Assembly: GCA_041658985.1 (NCBI GenBank)
Contig: JBAZZC010000002.1
Span: 17,120-81,119, forward strand
DNA length: 64,000 nt
Reading direction: 5' to 3'
Source of the DNA: Minisyncoccota bacterium
GTDB taxonomy: Bacteria; Patescibacteriota; Minisyncoccia; Phycocordibacterales; DATDWN01
In this document: piece after piece, positions 16,674 through 25,327 of the stretch
Numbering within the stretch: position 1 is the first letter of the stretch
Layout: each line of letters starts with the position of its first letter
Program-made: the position numbers and the translations under genes
The notes under the pieces: model-generated
Seen by the model: only the letters and a program-made list of their open reading frames with translations
What the model was told of the DNA's origin: nothing
Database searches by the model: none

Positions 16674-17711
16674 ATGATAGAAAAAACACCAATCACATTT
16701 AAACCAAAGCAGATAGTAAAAAAACTACTTTCTGTGTTAGGTAATAGGTCACAAGATGTATTAATAAATCGTTTTGGTTTAGGTAGCGATACGAAGCGGA
16801 TGACTCTTGAAGCGATTGGAAAAAAATATAAGATTACTCGTGAACGCGTAAGACAAATTGAAAACTATTCAATTATTAATATTCGCAAATCAAAAGAGTA
16901 CACGAAAGAGAAACTAGTTTTTGATGAATTAAAAAACATAGTCACAAATTTAGGTTCAGTTATCTCTGAAGAACATCTTTTACAACATCTCTCAAAAGAT
17001 AAAAGTATTCAAAATCATTTACATTTTTTACTTGTAATAGGTGAAGATTTTCATAGGGAAAAAGAAGATGACGAGTTTAAACATCGCTGGACAGTTGATA
17101 AAGAATTATCAAAAAAGATTCATTTATCCCTTCGTCAGCTTTATTCAACTCTGTCGGATGACGAAATTTTACTTGAGTCAGATATGATAGAAAAATTTTT
17201 AGACAGTTTGAAAGATGTTTCAGATAAATATAAAAATCAAGAAATAGCAAAAAGATGGTTAGAGCTTTCAAAATTAATTGGTAAAAATCCTCTCGGCGAG
17301 TGGGGAAAGACAAAATCACCAAACATAAATGCCAAAGGCATGCGAGATTATGCTTTTTTGGTTATTCGTCGACACGGTTCTCCTATCCATTTTAGAGAGG
17401 TAGCAAAGCTCATTACCGAATTATTTAAGAAAAAAGCTCATATAGCAACAACACACAACGAATTAATAAAAGACCCTAGATTTGTTTTGGTTGGAAGGGG
17501 TTTATATGCCTTATCCGAGTGGGGATATATGAGTGGGGTAGTAAAGGATGTTATCAAAACAGTTTTAGAGAAAAATGGTCCGATGACAAAGGATGAAATT
17601 ATAAAGAAGGTCTTGAAAGAGAGATATGTTAAGGAGAATACCATCATGGTAAATCTTCAGAATCCGAAATATTTTAAGAAATCTAAAGACGGAAAATATA
17701 ATGTGATTTAG
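16674..17711 (+). CDS. Sigma-70 region-4-like HTH plus C-terminal HARE-HTH domain protein (putative transcription factor).
   Basis: ITRERVRQIE is the region 4.2 signature. The C-terminal ...FREVAKLI...FVLVGRGLYALSEWGY is HARE-HTH-like. Confidence 0.5.
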   Translation: MIEKTPITFKPKQIVKKLLSVLGNRSQDVLINRFGLGSDTKRMTLEAIGKKYKITRERVRQIENYSIINIRKSKEYTKEKLVFDELKNIVTNLGSVISEEHLLQHLSKDKSIQNHLHFLLVIGEDFHREKEDDEFKHRWTVDKELSKKIHLSLRQLYSTLSDDEILLESDMIEKFLDSLKDVSDKYKNQEIAKRWLELSKLIGKNPLGEWGKTKSPNINAKGMRDYAFLVIRRHGSPIHFREVAKLITELFKKKAHIATTHNELIKDPRFVLVGRGLYALSEWGYMSGVVKDVIKTVLEKNGPMTKDEIIKKVLKERYVKENTIMVNLQNPKYFKKSKDGKYNVI

Positions 17712-17763
17712 AAAATCGTCCTCTAAGGGTGGTTTTTTACAGCAGATTAGATATAATTAATTT

Positions 17764-19005
17764 ATGTTTGAATCATTAATTCATTTGTTTCAGAATGACA
17801 GTTTTTTGCTGACATTAAAAATAGTTTATTATTCCTCCTTTATTTTTATTCCATTTTTCTTGGTTTTTATACTTACTGATTTATGGATTCAATATAAAAG
17901 AGCAAAATATTTTGCTAAACAAGAGTACTTGTTACTTGAAATAAAGGTGCCGAGAGATGTTTTTAAATCCCCAAAAGCCATGGAATTTTTTCTTAATGGT
18001 TTGTCTCAACCTTACGGTGAAACTTGGTATACCGTATGGACAAATGGAGCTGCTCGGCCCTGGTTTTCCTTAGAGATTGTTTCTATAAGTGGAGTAATTC
18101 ATTTCTTTATTTGGACAAGAAAATCTTACAAAAATGCAATTGAGGCCAATTTGTATTCTCAATATCCAGGTATAGAGATATTTGTAGTTCCGGATTATGT
18201 ACAATTTATTAAGTTTGACCCAGAAAATGTTGGTCTCTTTACTACTGAGTTTGCCCTGACCAAATCTGATGCATATCCAATAAAAACATATGTTGATTAT
18301 GGTATGGAAAAAGACCCAAAAGAGGAGTTTAAGGTTGACCCATTAACTCCTATGATTGAATTTTTAGGTTCTATCGGACAAGGTCATCAGGTTTGGATTC
18401 AGATTCTAGTTAGGGCACATGTTAGTGAAGATAAAGACAAAACAACTGGTAAAAAAGTGGATTTAAAATGGAAAAAGGCAGCAGAAAAAGAAATAGAAGA
18501 CATTATTAAAAAATCAAAAGGAGAGAAAGATAAAGACGGCAAACCTGTTCCGGGTACAAATAGAATGCCAACTGATGGTGAATCTGAAACAATAAAAGCT
18601 CTAGAGCGTAGTATTTCAAAGTTAGGTTATGATGTCGGTATTCGGGCTATTTATACGGCACCGAAAGATATTTTTGATGGAAGTAAAATAGGCGGAATAA
18701 TTGGAGGAATAACTCATTTTAATTCAGGTAATCTTAACGGATTTAGGCCAAAAATTGCCGGGGGTAGTTATGTGTATCCATGGCAAGACAGGAAAAAAAA
18801 GAAAACTAATTTTGAGAAACAAGATATGTTTGATGCATATAAACGCAGAGCCTATTTTTACAAACCCTATAAGAGAAATCCATTTGTCTTAAATACAGAA
18901 GAACTTGCAACAATTTTTCATTTTCCTGGAAGTGTTTCTAGTACACCAACATTTACCCGTATTGAATCAAGAAAAGGAGAGGCTCCGGCCAATCTGCCAA
19001 TTTAG
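17764..19005 (+). CDS. Hypothetical membrane-anchored protein, 413 aa.
   Basis: ORF with an N-terminal TM helix; no recognised motif. Confidence 0.4.
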   Translation: MFESLIHLFQNDSFLLTLKIVYYSSFIFIPFFLVFILTDLWIQYKRAKYFAKQEYLLLEIKVPRDVFKSPKAMEFFLNGLSQPYGETWYTVWTNGAARPWFSLEIVSISGVIHFFIWTRKSYKNAIEANLYSQYPGIEIFVVPDYVQFIKFDPENVGLFTTEFALTKSDAYPIKTYVDYGMEKDPKEEFKVDPLTPMIEFLGSIGQGHQVWIQILVRAHVSEDKDKTTGKKVDLKWKKAAEKEIEDIIKKSKGEKDKDGKPVPGTNRMPTDGESETIKALERSISKLGYDVGIRAIYTAPKDIFDGSKIGGIIGGITHFNSGNLNGFRPKIAGGSYVYPWQDRKKKKTNFEKQDMFDAYKRRAYFYKPYKRNPFVLNTEELATIFHFPGSVSSTPTFTRIESRKGEAPANLPI

Positions 19006-19019
19006 ATAAACATAAGAAT

Positions 19020-20021
19020 ATGCGAATGACACAGATCTACGAATGGCTACGAATAATAAAAAATTATTTTTTTCCAGAACAGGTAAATAAAAAAAGGGCA
19101 ATAATCGCCTTTTTCATCGCGTTTGTTTTTGCCATGCTTTGTGTTTACATTTACAGACCGCCAACTGATTTTCCTGTGGGTCAAGTTATTACCATAGATT
19201 CTGGGGAGTCACTTCAAAGCATTACTAATATTCTATACAGTAAACACGTTATACGTTTTCCTGTCATTTTTCGTTCTACAGTTATTATATTAGGTGGAGA
19301 AAAGCGGGTTATCGCTGGGGATTATTTGCTTGATGAGCGTGAGGGGCCTGTTGATTTGGCTTACCGCTTGGTTAAAGGTCAATTTCATCTAGAACCCATA
19401 AAAGTTACTATTCCTGAAGGATGGAACGCCTTTCAAATAACCAACTACTTAGAAAAAAATATTTTGAATTTTGATAAGGCTCAATTTTTAACTCTTGCCA
19501 AGAATAATGAGGGTTATCTTTTTCCAGATACGTATTTTATTTCCAAGACAGCAAAACCTAATAATTTGATTGAAATAATGAAAAAAAATTTTGAACAAAA
19601 AATTAATTCTGTCTCTGGTATTGCCACCTCCACTCACAACCTAAAAGAAATTATCATAGTAGCCTCTATTTTAGAAGGAGAAGCTTTACCAAAAGACCGT
19701 AGTGTAGTAGCTGGTATTTTATGGAAAAGATTGGAGATAGGTATGCCTCTTCAAGTTGATTCCACATTTTCATATATAAATGGTAAAAATACATATGAAT
19801 TAACCCTGGATGATTTGAAGATTGATTCTCCTTACAATACCTATAAATACAAAGGTCTTCCCCCTGGACCAATTAGTAATCCTGGTTTAGAAGCTATAAT
19901 CAGTGCCATTATTCCAACAAAGACAAAGTACCTGTATTTTTTAACCGAAAAAGATGGCACTATTCACTATGCCAAAACATTTGAGGAGCATAAGAGAAAT
20001 AAAGAGTTGTATTTAAGGTAA
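19020..20021 (+). CDS. mltG: YceG/MltG-like endolytic transglycosylase, paralog 2.
   Basis: DSPYNTYKYKGLPPGPISNPGLEAI. Confidence 0.7.
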   Translation: MRMTQIYEWLRIIKNYFFPEQVNKKRAIIAFFIAFVFAMLCVYIYRPPTDFPVGQVITIDSGESLQSITNILYSKHVIRFPVIFRSTVIILGGEKRVIAGDYLLDEREGPVDLAYRLVKGQFHLEPIKVTIPEGWNAFQITNYLEKNILNFDKAQFLTLAKNNEGYLFPDTYFISKTAKPNNLIEIMKKNFEQKINSVSGIATSTHNLKEIIIVASILEGEALPKDRSVVAGILWKRLEIGMPLQVDSTFSYINGKNTYELTLDDLKIDSPYNTYKYKGLPPGPISNPGLEAIISAIIPTKTKYLYFLTEKDGTIHYAKTFEEHKRNKELYLR

Positions 20022-20090
20022 TCATAAATCTTTTTTTTCATCACAATCTTTTCAGAGCAACCTTAAGAAATTCCAGCGAATTTCTTAAGG

Positions 20091-20173
20091 CCAGTCCTCA
20101 CCCTCTAGCTGTCAAGAGCCCTCGCTTCGCTCAGGTCTATGACAGCACCATGCTAGAGGGTTGCGGGGTCTCT
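20091..20173 (+). repeat. Conserved ~85-nt stem-loop element, copy 1: outer stem ccctctagc/gctagaggg, inner stem TGTCA/TGACA around AGAGCCCTCGCTTCGCTCAGGTCTA, then ttgcggggtctc. Preceded by a 12-bp hairpin at 20061-20090.
   Basis: Aligns along its full length with the copies at 35396 and 39691; the outer stems covary. Confidence 0.65.
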
Positions 20174-20208
20174 GAAAAAATTATGATTCAACAAGATTTA
20201 TTCTTTGT

Positions 20209-21315
20209 GTGGGTTTGTGGTATAAAAGGGGGATGGAAAAGAGAAAGAGGGTTTTTGTTGGGGTTTCTGGGGGCGTAGACAGCTCTGTGGCTTTGGCTTT
20301 GCTAAAAAGGGACGGATATGACGTAACCGGGGTATTTTTGAGAGTCTGGAGTCCAGATTTTCTACCTTGTGACTGGAAGGAAGAGAGACGAAGTGCTATG
20401 AGAGTTTGTGCCACATTAGGAGTGCCATTTTTAACCTTAGATTGTCAAAAAGAATATAAAAGAGAAGTAGTGGATTATATGATTAGAGAATATAGTAATG
20501 GACGAGTTCCAAACCCGGACGTCTTTTGTAATAAATATGTAAAATTTGGTGTGTTTTTGAAAAAGGCGCTTAAGTTAGGAGCCGATTATGTTGCTACTGG
20601 ACATTACGCAAGGACAGAAGAAAGAACTAAAAGGTTAGAATTAAAAGAGGGAATGGACAAGAATAAAGACCAGAGTTATTTTTTGTACACATTAAATCAA
20701 AAACAATTAAAACACATACTTTTTCCAATCGGGAAAATGATGAAACCAGAAGTCAGAAAGCTTGCCAAAAAATTTGGTTTATCAACAGCTGAGAAAAAAG
20801 ACAGTCAGGGAGTTTGTTTTTTAGGCAAACTAGATATGAAAGATTTTCTTTCTCATTATATAAAACAAAAAAAGGGTAGTGTCTTGAATACTAAGAAAGA
20901 AATTATTGGCCATCATGATGGGGCAATGTTTTTAACTATTGGCCAGAGACATGGTTTTACTATTACAAAAAAAACCACAACGGATCCAAGATATTTTATT
21001 ATTAGTAAAGATTTGAAAAAAAATACAATAACGGTTGCTAACAAAGAGAGTGAGAAAAATACGATTTACTCAACTAGAAAAATATGTCTATCACACATAC
21101 ATTTTATAGGAGATAAAAAACTAAAACTTCCTCTGAAGATGGCGGTTCGTATTCGATATAGACAAGAAAAACAAAAATGTGTTTTAAATAAGGAGAAGAA
21201 TAAATATGTTGTAATATTCAACATACCTCAGAATGCCATAGCTGAAGGTCAGTCTGCTGTGTTTTATGATGGGGATGTTTGTCTTGGTGGGGGCATTATA
21301 GAAAAAACATATTAA
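20209..21315 (+). CDS. mnmA: tRNA-specific 2-thiouridylase MnmA.
   Basis: VFVGVSGGVDSSVALALLK (PP-loop), ...NPDVFCN..; likely start at the ATG at 20233. Confidence 0.85.
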   Translation: MGLWYKRGMEKRKRVFVGVSGGVDSSVALALLKRDGYDVTGVFLRVWSPDFLPCDWKEERRSAMRVCATLGVPFLTLDCQKEYKREVVDYMIREYSNGRVPNPDVFCNKYVKFGVFLKKALKLGADYVATGHYARTEERTKRLELKEGMDKNKDQSYFLYTLNQKQLKHILFPIGKMMKPEVRKLAKKFGLSTAEKKDSQGVCFLGKLDMKDFLSHYIKQKKGSVLNTKKEIIGHHDGAMFLTIGQRHGFTITKKTTTDPRYFIISKDLKKNTITVANKESEKNTIYSTRKICLSHIHFIGDKKLKLPLKMAVRIRYRQEKQKCVLNKEKNKYVVIFNIPQNAIAEGQSAVFYDGDVCLGGGIIEKTY

Positions 21316-21333
21316 ATATGCGATAATCAATAT

Positions 21334-22167
21334 ATGAGCCCTGAACAAATTTATGTCTTAAAAGCCAATGGAGATAGAGAATTATTTGATATAAAAAAAT
21401 TAGAGTATTCTCTAAAAAGAGCCGGTGCCTCAAGTCGTGGAGCAGAACAAACTGTTGCACACGTTACTGAAAATTTAACTCCTGATATAACAACCCATGA
21501 TATATACAGACACGCCTTTGAGTTACTTCACAAAGAAGAGAAGCCTGTTGCTTTCAAATATTCTCTGAAGCGAGCCATAATGGAACTTGGACCATCAGGA
21601 TTTCCGTTTGAGGATTTTGTGGCCGAAATTTTGAGACAAAAAGGGTTTAAGGCTGAAACTGGAAAAATAATAAGAGGATTCTGTGTGGAACACGAGATTG
21701 ATGTCGTTGCTTGGAATACAGAAAAACTTATCATGGTAGAGGCGAAGTTCCATAACGAACTTGGTGTGAAATCTGATTTAAAAATCGCTCTGTATGTGAA
21801 GGCTCGTTTTGATGATTTGAGTAAGATGACCTTTAATTATGACAAGGAAAGAAAACTTGACGAGGGTTGGCTTGTAACAAATACAAAATTTACCTCAACA
21901 GCTATAGAATATGGTTCTTGTCAGGGGGGAATGCGGATGATTGGTTGGAACTATCCTCCAGTTGGAAATTTGCACGATATGATTATTGAATCAAAACTTC
22001 ATCCTCTTACTTGTTTGACAACAATGACCGGACGTGAAAAGAAATTATTTTTGGACAGAGGGATTGTTTTGTGTAAAACTATTTTGGACAACCCAGACCT
22101 ACTGTATTCAATAGGTTTAAATGATGCAAAAAGTAAAAAAGTGATTGATGAGATAAATAGTTTGTAA
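21334..22167 (+). CDS. ATP-cone domain plus Mrr-cat (PD-(D/E)xK) restriction-endonuclease-like protein.
   Basis: The N-terminal YVLKANGDRELFDIKKLEYSLKRAG is an ATP-cone. The central DVVAWNTEKLIMVEAKFH is Mrr_cat-like. Confidence 0.5.
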   Translation: MSPEQIYVLKANGDRELFDIKKLEYSLKRAGASSRGAEQTVAHVTENLTPDITTHDIYRHAFELLHKEEKPVAFKYSLKRAIMELGPSGFPFEDFVAEILRQKGFKAETGKIIRGFCVEHEIDVVAWNTEKLIMVEAKFHNELGVKSDLKIALYVKARFDDLSKMTFNYDKERKLDEGWLVTNTKFTSTAIEYGSCQGGMRMIGWNYPPVGNLHDMIIESKLHPLTCLTTMTGREKKLFLDRGIVLCKTILDNPDLLYSIGLNDAKSKKVIDEINSL

Positions 22168-22229
22168 TATGATCTAGTAGTAGAAAATGAAAACATCAAT
22201 ATTAACAATATATAATATAAAAAATAATT

Positions 22230-22496
22230 ATGAAAATATTTCAAATATTTGTGACTATAATGGGAACTGTGATGTCTTTGGGATATTTTCCTCAAGCATA
22301 TAAAATCTGGAGAAATAAATCTGCAAGAGATATCTCTATTTCGACATATATAATATTTTCTATTGGTACACTCACATGGCTTACATATGGAATATTAATT
22401 CATGACATTACAATTATACTAGGCTTTGTTATTGGAGTAGTAGGTTCATGGTCAATATTATTTCTAACAATTTATTTCAAAAATAAAAAAATTTAA
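22230..22496 (+). CDS. SemiSWEET (PQ-loop) sugar transporter, 88 aa, 3 TM.
   Basis: YFPQAYKIWRNKSARDISISTYIIF; PQ motif with the expected length. Confidence 0.65.
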   Translation: MKIFQIFVTIMGTVMSLGYFPQAYKIWRNKSARDISISTYIIFSIGTLTWLTYGILIHDITIILGFVIGVVGSWSILFLTIYFKNKKI

Positions 22497-22513
22497 GCGT
22501 TGTAATTACTTAC

Positions 22514-23122
22514 ATGTCTCTTTCTACCGAACAAAAATTTGAAAAGATGAAGGAAATTCGCGACGAGCTTTTACATTTTAAAAAATCACCTTTATACACA
22601 TATAGATTAGAAAATAAATATTTTCCTGTGGTGGGAGAGGGAAGTCACAACGCTCGCATTATGTTTATTGGTGAAGCACCGGGAGAAAATGAAGCAAAAA
22701 CAGCTAGACCTTTTTGTGGAAGGTCTGGAAAAGTGCTTGATGAGATGTTAGAGTCAATAAATTTGAATAGAAGTGATGTTTACATAACAAATATAGTAAA
22801 GGACCGTCCACCAGAAAATCGTGACCCAAGTCCAAAAGAAATAAAACTATATGCACCTTTCCTCAATAAACAAATAGAGATAATACAGCCTCGGGTTATC
22901 GCGACTTTGGGTAGATTTTCTATGGTTTATATTTTAGAACTTTTAAAATGTAAAACCCCCATTCTTTCAATTGGGGAAATGCACGGCAAAGAATTTACTG
23001 GTCAGGCTTCTTTTGGCTTGGTAACTGTGGTACCTTTGTATCACCCCGCTGTGGCTTTATATAACGGCAGTAATAAGGGTACGTTACTAGAAGATTTTCA
23101 GATATTAAAGAAATATGTCTAG
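22514..23122 (+). CDS. Uracil-DNA glycosylase, family 4.
   Basis: MFIGEAPGENEAKTARPFCGRSGKVLD...HPA. Confidence 0.8.
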   Translation: MSLSTEQKFEKMKEIRDELLHFKKSPLYTYRLENKYFPVVGEGSHNARIMFIGEAPGENEAKTARPFCGRSGKVLDEMLESINLNRSDVYITNIVKDRPPENRDPSPKEIKLYAPFLNKQIEIIQPRVIATLGRFSMVYILELLKCKTPILSIGEMHGKEFTGQASFGLVTVVPLYHPAVALYNGSNKGTLLEDFQILKKYV

Positions 23123-23293
23123 TAGTAGAAGTCGACACTGTGCTAAAGCACATAAATTGGTGTTAACTTCACTACTAGACTATCCTGTAGTGAAAATGAC
23201 ATCAAGTCCTGTTTTATTTGGTAAAAAGTTTTGTTAAATAAAATTAAAAATTATTATTTATAAATTATTATGTCATTTTCTACTACTGGGATG
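23117..23293 (+). repeat. Composite inter-gene module C1. Hairpin 1 contains the UDG stop codon. Hairpin 2 has arms cctgtagtgaaaATGacat / ATGtcattttctactactgggATG that enclose a 13-codon uORF and the pepF start.
   Basis: Inverted repeats read directly. The module recurs in inverted orientation at 50845-51043 (ftsW->murG). Confidence 0.6.
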
Positions 23294-25072
23294 TCTAAAT
23301 ATAATAATATAAGTGCGAAGCTAACGACAGAATGGAATTTAAAACAGCTGTATAAATCACCAGAAGACCCACAAATTGAAAGGGATTTAATTGTGGCTGA
23401 AAAAGCATATCTGGCCTTTGCTAAAAAGTACAAAACCAATAGCAAATACATGACTTCGGAGGCTAGTTTACTTAGTGCTCTTAGAGGTTATGAAAAAATA
23501 TTAGATATTCCAATTTCAAAGACTTATACGTATTTACATTTAGCCCAAGACCTGGATTCAAAAAACGAAAAAGTCAGGGCAAAAATAAACCTCATCTCAC
23601 AAAGACTGCAAAAAATAGAAAATAATATTTTATTTTTTGAAATTAACCTATCCAAGATTGCACTGAAACACCAGAAACTTTTTCTAAGTAGCAAAAAATT
23701 ACCCAAATACAACTACTTATTAAAGAAAACATTCGAAACTGGAAAGTATGTCTTAACTGAGCTGGAAGAAAAAATCCTATCCTTAAAATCACTTCCTTCA
23801 CATAAACTTTGGACAGATGCCTTTGATAAGGTAGAAAATAAGCAGACTGTAAGGCACAAGGGCAAAGACATTCCTGTATCAGAAGCTGTTTCTATTATTA
23901 GAAATCTAAAGACCCAAACAGAGAGAAAGAAGTTACATGACGCTGTTATGGATAGATATTATGAGATAAGCGAAATGGCAGAAAGTGAACTCAATGCCAT
24001 AGTTACAGATAAAAAAATTAACGACGAATTACGTGGATACAGTAAGGCTTATGACTCCACAATTATGAGGTATGAGAACGATAAAAAAAGTGTTCTAAAT
24101 TTGATAAAGACTATCACAGATAATTTCAACATTGCTCATCGTTTTTATAAAGTTAAAGCTAAAATGCTAAAACTTAAAAGTCTCAATTATTCAGACAGGG
24201 CGGTTGGAGTAGGAAAGACGAAAAGAAAAATATTATTTGATGAATCGTGCGATGTTTTACAAAAGCTTTTTATTTCTATTGACCCAAGGTTTGGTGATAT
24301 TCTAAAAAGCTATCTTACAAATGGTCAGATTGATGCTTATCCTAAGGTTGGTAAAAGAGGTGGGGCATATTGTTCCTCGCATCATAAAGTTCCAACTTTT
24401 GTTTTACTGAACCATACCAACACGTTTGAGTCTCTATCTACTTTTGCTCACGAAATGGGCCATGCAATACATAGTGAATTTTCTAGATCTCAGCCAGTCA
24501 TATATGAAAATTATTCAATTGCAACCGCAGAAGTAGCGAGTACACTTTTTGAATCTTTTTTCTTTTATGACCAGTTTGAAAAATTTTCAAAAGAAGAAAA
24601 AATAGTAGCTCTTCATAACAAAATTCAAGATGATGTTGCAACTATTTTCAGACAAATTGCTTGTTTTAATTTTGAACTAGAAATGCATGAGACGATAAGG
24701 GAGAAAGGTAATATGACCAGGGAAGAACTTGCTGTGTGTATGAATAAACACATGAAAAGTTATCTGGGCAACAAGTTTAAATTAAACGAGATGGACGGGT
24801 ATAACTTTGTCGGATGGTCACACATTAGGTATTTTTTCTACGTTTATTCCTACGGTTTTGGTCAACTTGCAAGTAAGGCTTTATATATGAAATACAAAGA
24901 AGATAAAAAATATATAGAAAAGATAAAACAATTTCTCTCGCTTGGTGGCTCTATGAGTCCAGAGGATATTTTTAAATCAATTGGTGTTGATGTTATTAAG
25001 CCTGATTTTTTCAAGAAGGGGATAGAGAGTATAGAGGAGGATATAAAAATGTTGGAAAAGTTGGTTAAATAA
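23270..25072 (+). CDS. pepF: Oligoendopeptidase F (M3B).
   Basis: HExxH as FAHEMGHAIH; 600 aa. The start may be the ATG at 23291. Confidence 0.85.
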   Translation: MSFSTTGMSKYNNISAKLTTEWNLKQLYKSPEDPQIERDLIVAEKAYLAFAKKYKTNSKYMTSEASLLSALRGYEKILDIPISKTYTYLHLAQDLDSKNEKVRAKINLISQRLQKIENNILFFEINLSKIALKHQKLFLSSKKLPKYNYLLKKTFETGKYVLTELEEKILSLKSLPSHKLWTDAFDKVENKQTVRHKGKDIPVSEAVSIIRNLKTQTERKKLHDAVMDRYYEISEMAESELNAIVTDKKINDELRGYSKAYDSTIMRYENDKKSVLNLIKTITDNFNIAHRFYKVKAKMLKLKSLNYSDRAVGVGKTKRKILFDESCDVLQKLFISIDPRFGDILKSYLTNGQIDAYPKVGKRGGAYCSSHHKVPTFVLLNHTNTFESLSTFAHEMGHAIHSEFSRSQPVIYENYSIATAEVASTLFESFFFYDQFEKFSKEEKIVALHNKIQDDVATIFRQIACFNFELEMHETIREKGNMTREELAVCMNKHMKSYLGNKFKLNEMDGYNFVGWSHIRYFFYVYSYGFGQLASKALYMKYKEDKKYIEKIKQFLSLGGSMSPEDIFKSIGVDVIKPDFFKKGIESIEEDIKMLEKLVK

Positions 25073-25327
25073 AGTACTCTCATCATTATTTTTTCAAGAC
25101 GCGTATAAATCGCTGTTGCGATTTTACTATTCTCACTAATCAAGAAAACAATCTTCCTCAGTACTGGCCCTTTCGCAAACTCCTCGTTGAGTACAACTTC
25201 GTCAAACAGTGCTTCGGGCTGGCGTACTTCGTCGTTGTTTTCTAATTAGTTGCGAAATGTCTTGAAAAAACAATGATTCGAGTAAACTAATAACAAGATT
25301 TTATTTACTGATATTTTATGTAATAAT

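Noticed and set aside
23270-23293. The MSFSTTGM N-terminal extension shared by the pepF and murG ORFs as a real conserved peptide.
   Set aside because: It is encoded by the inverted-repeat arm of the module C element at both loci. MurG has its canonical N-terminus (MKLLFTGGGTGG) immediately after it, so the extension is most likely leader sequence and not protein.
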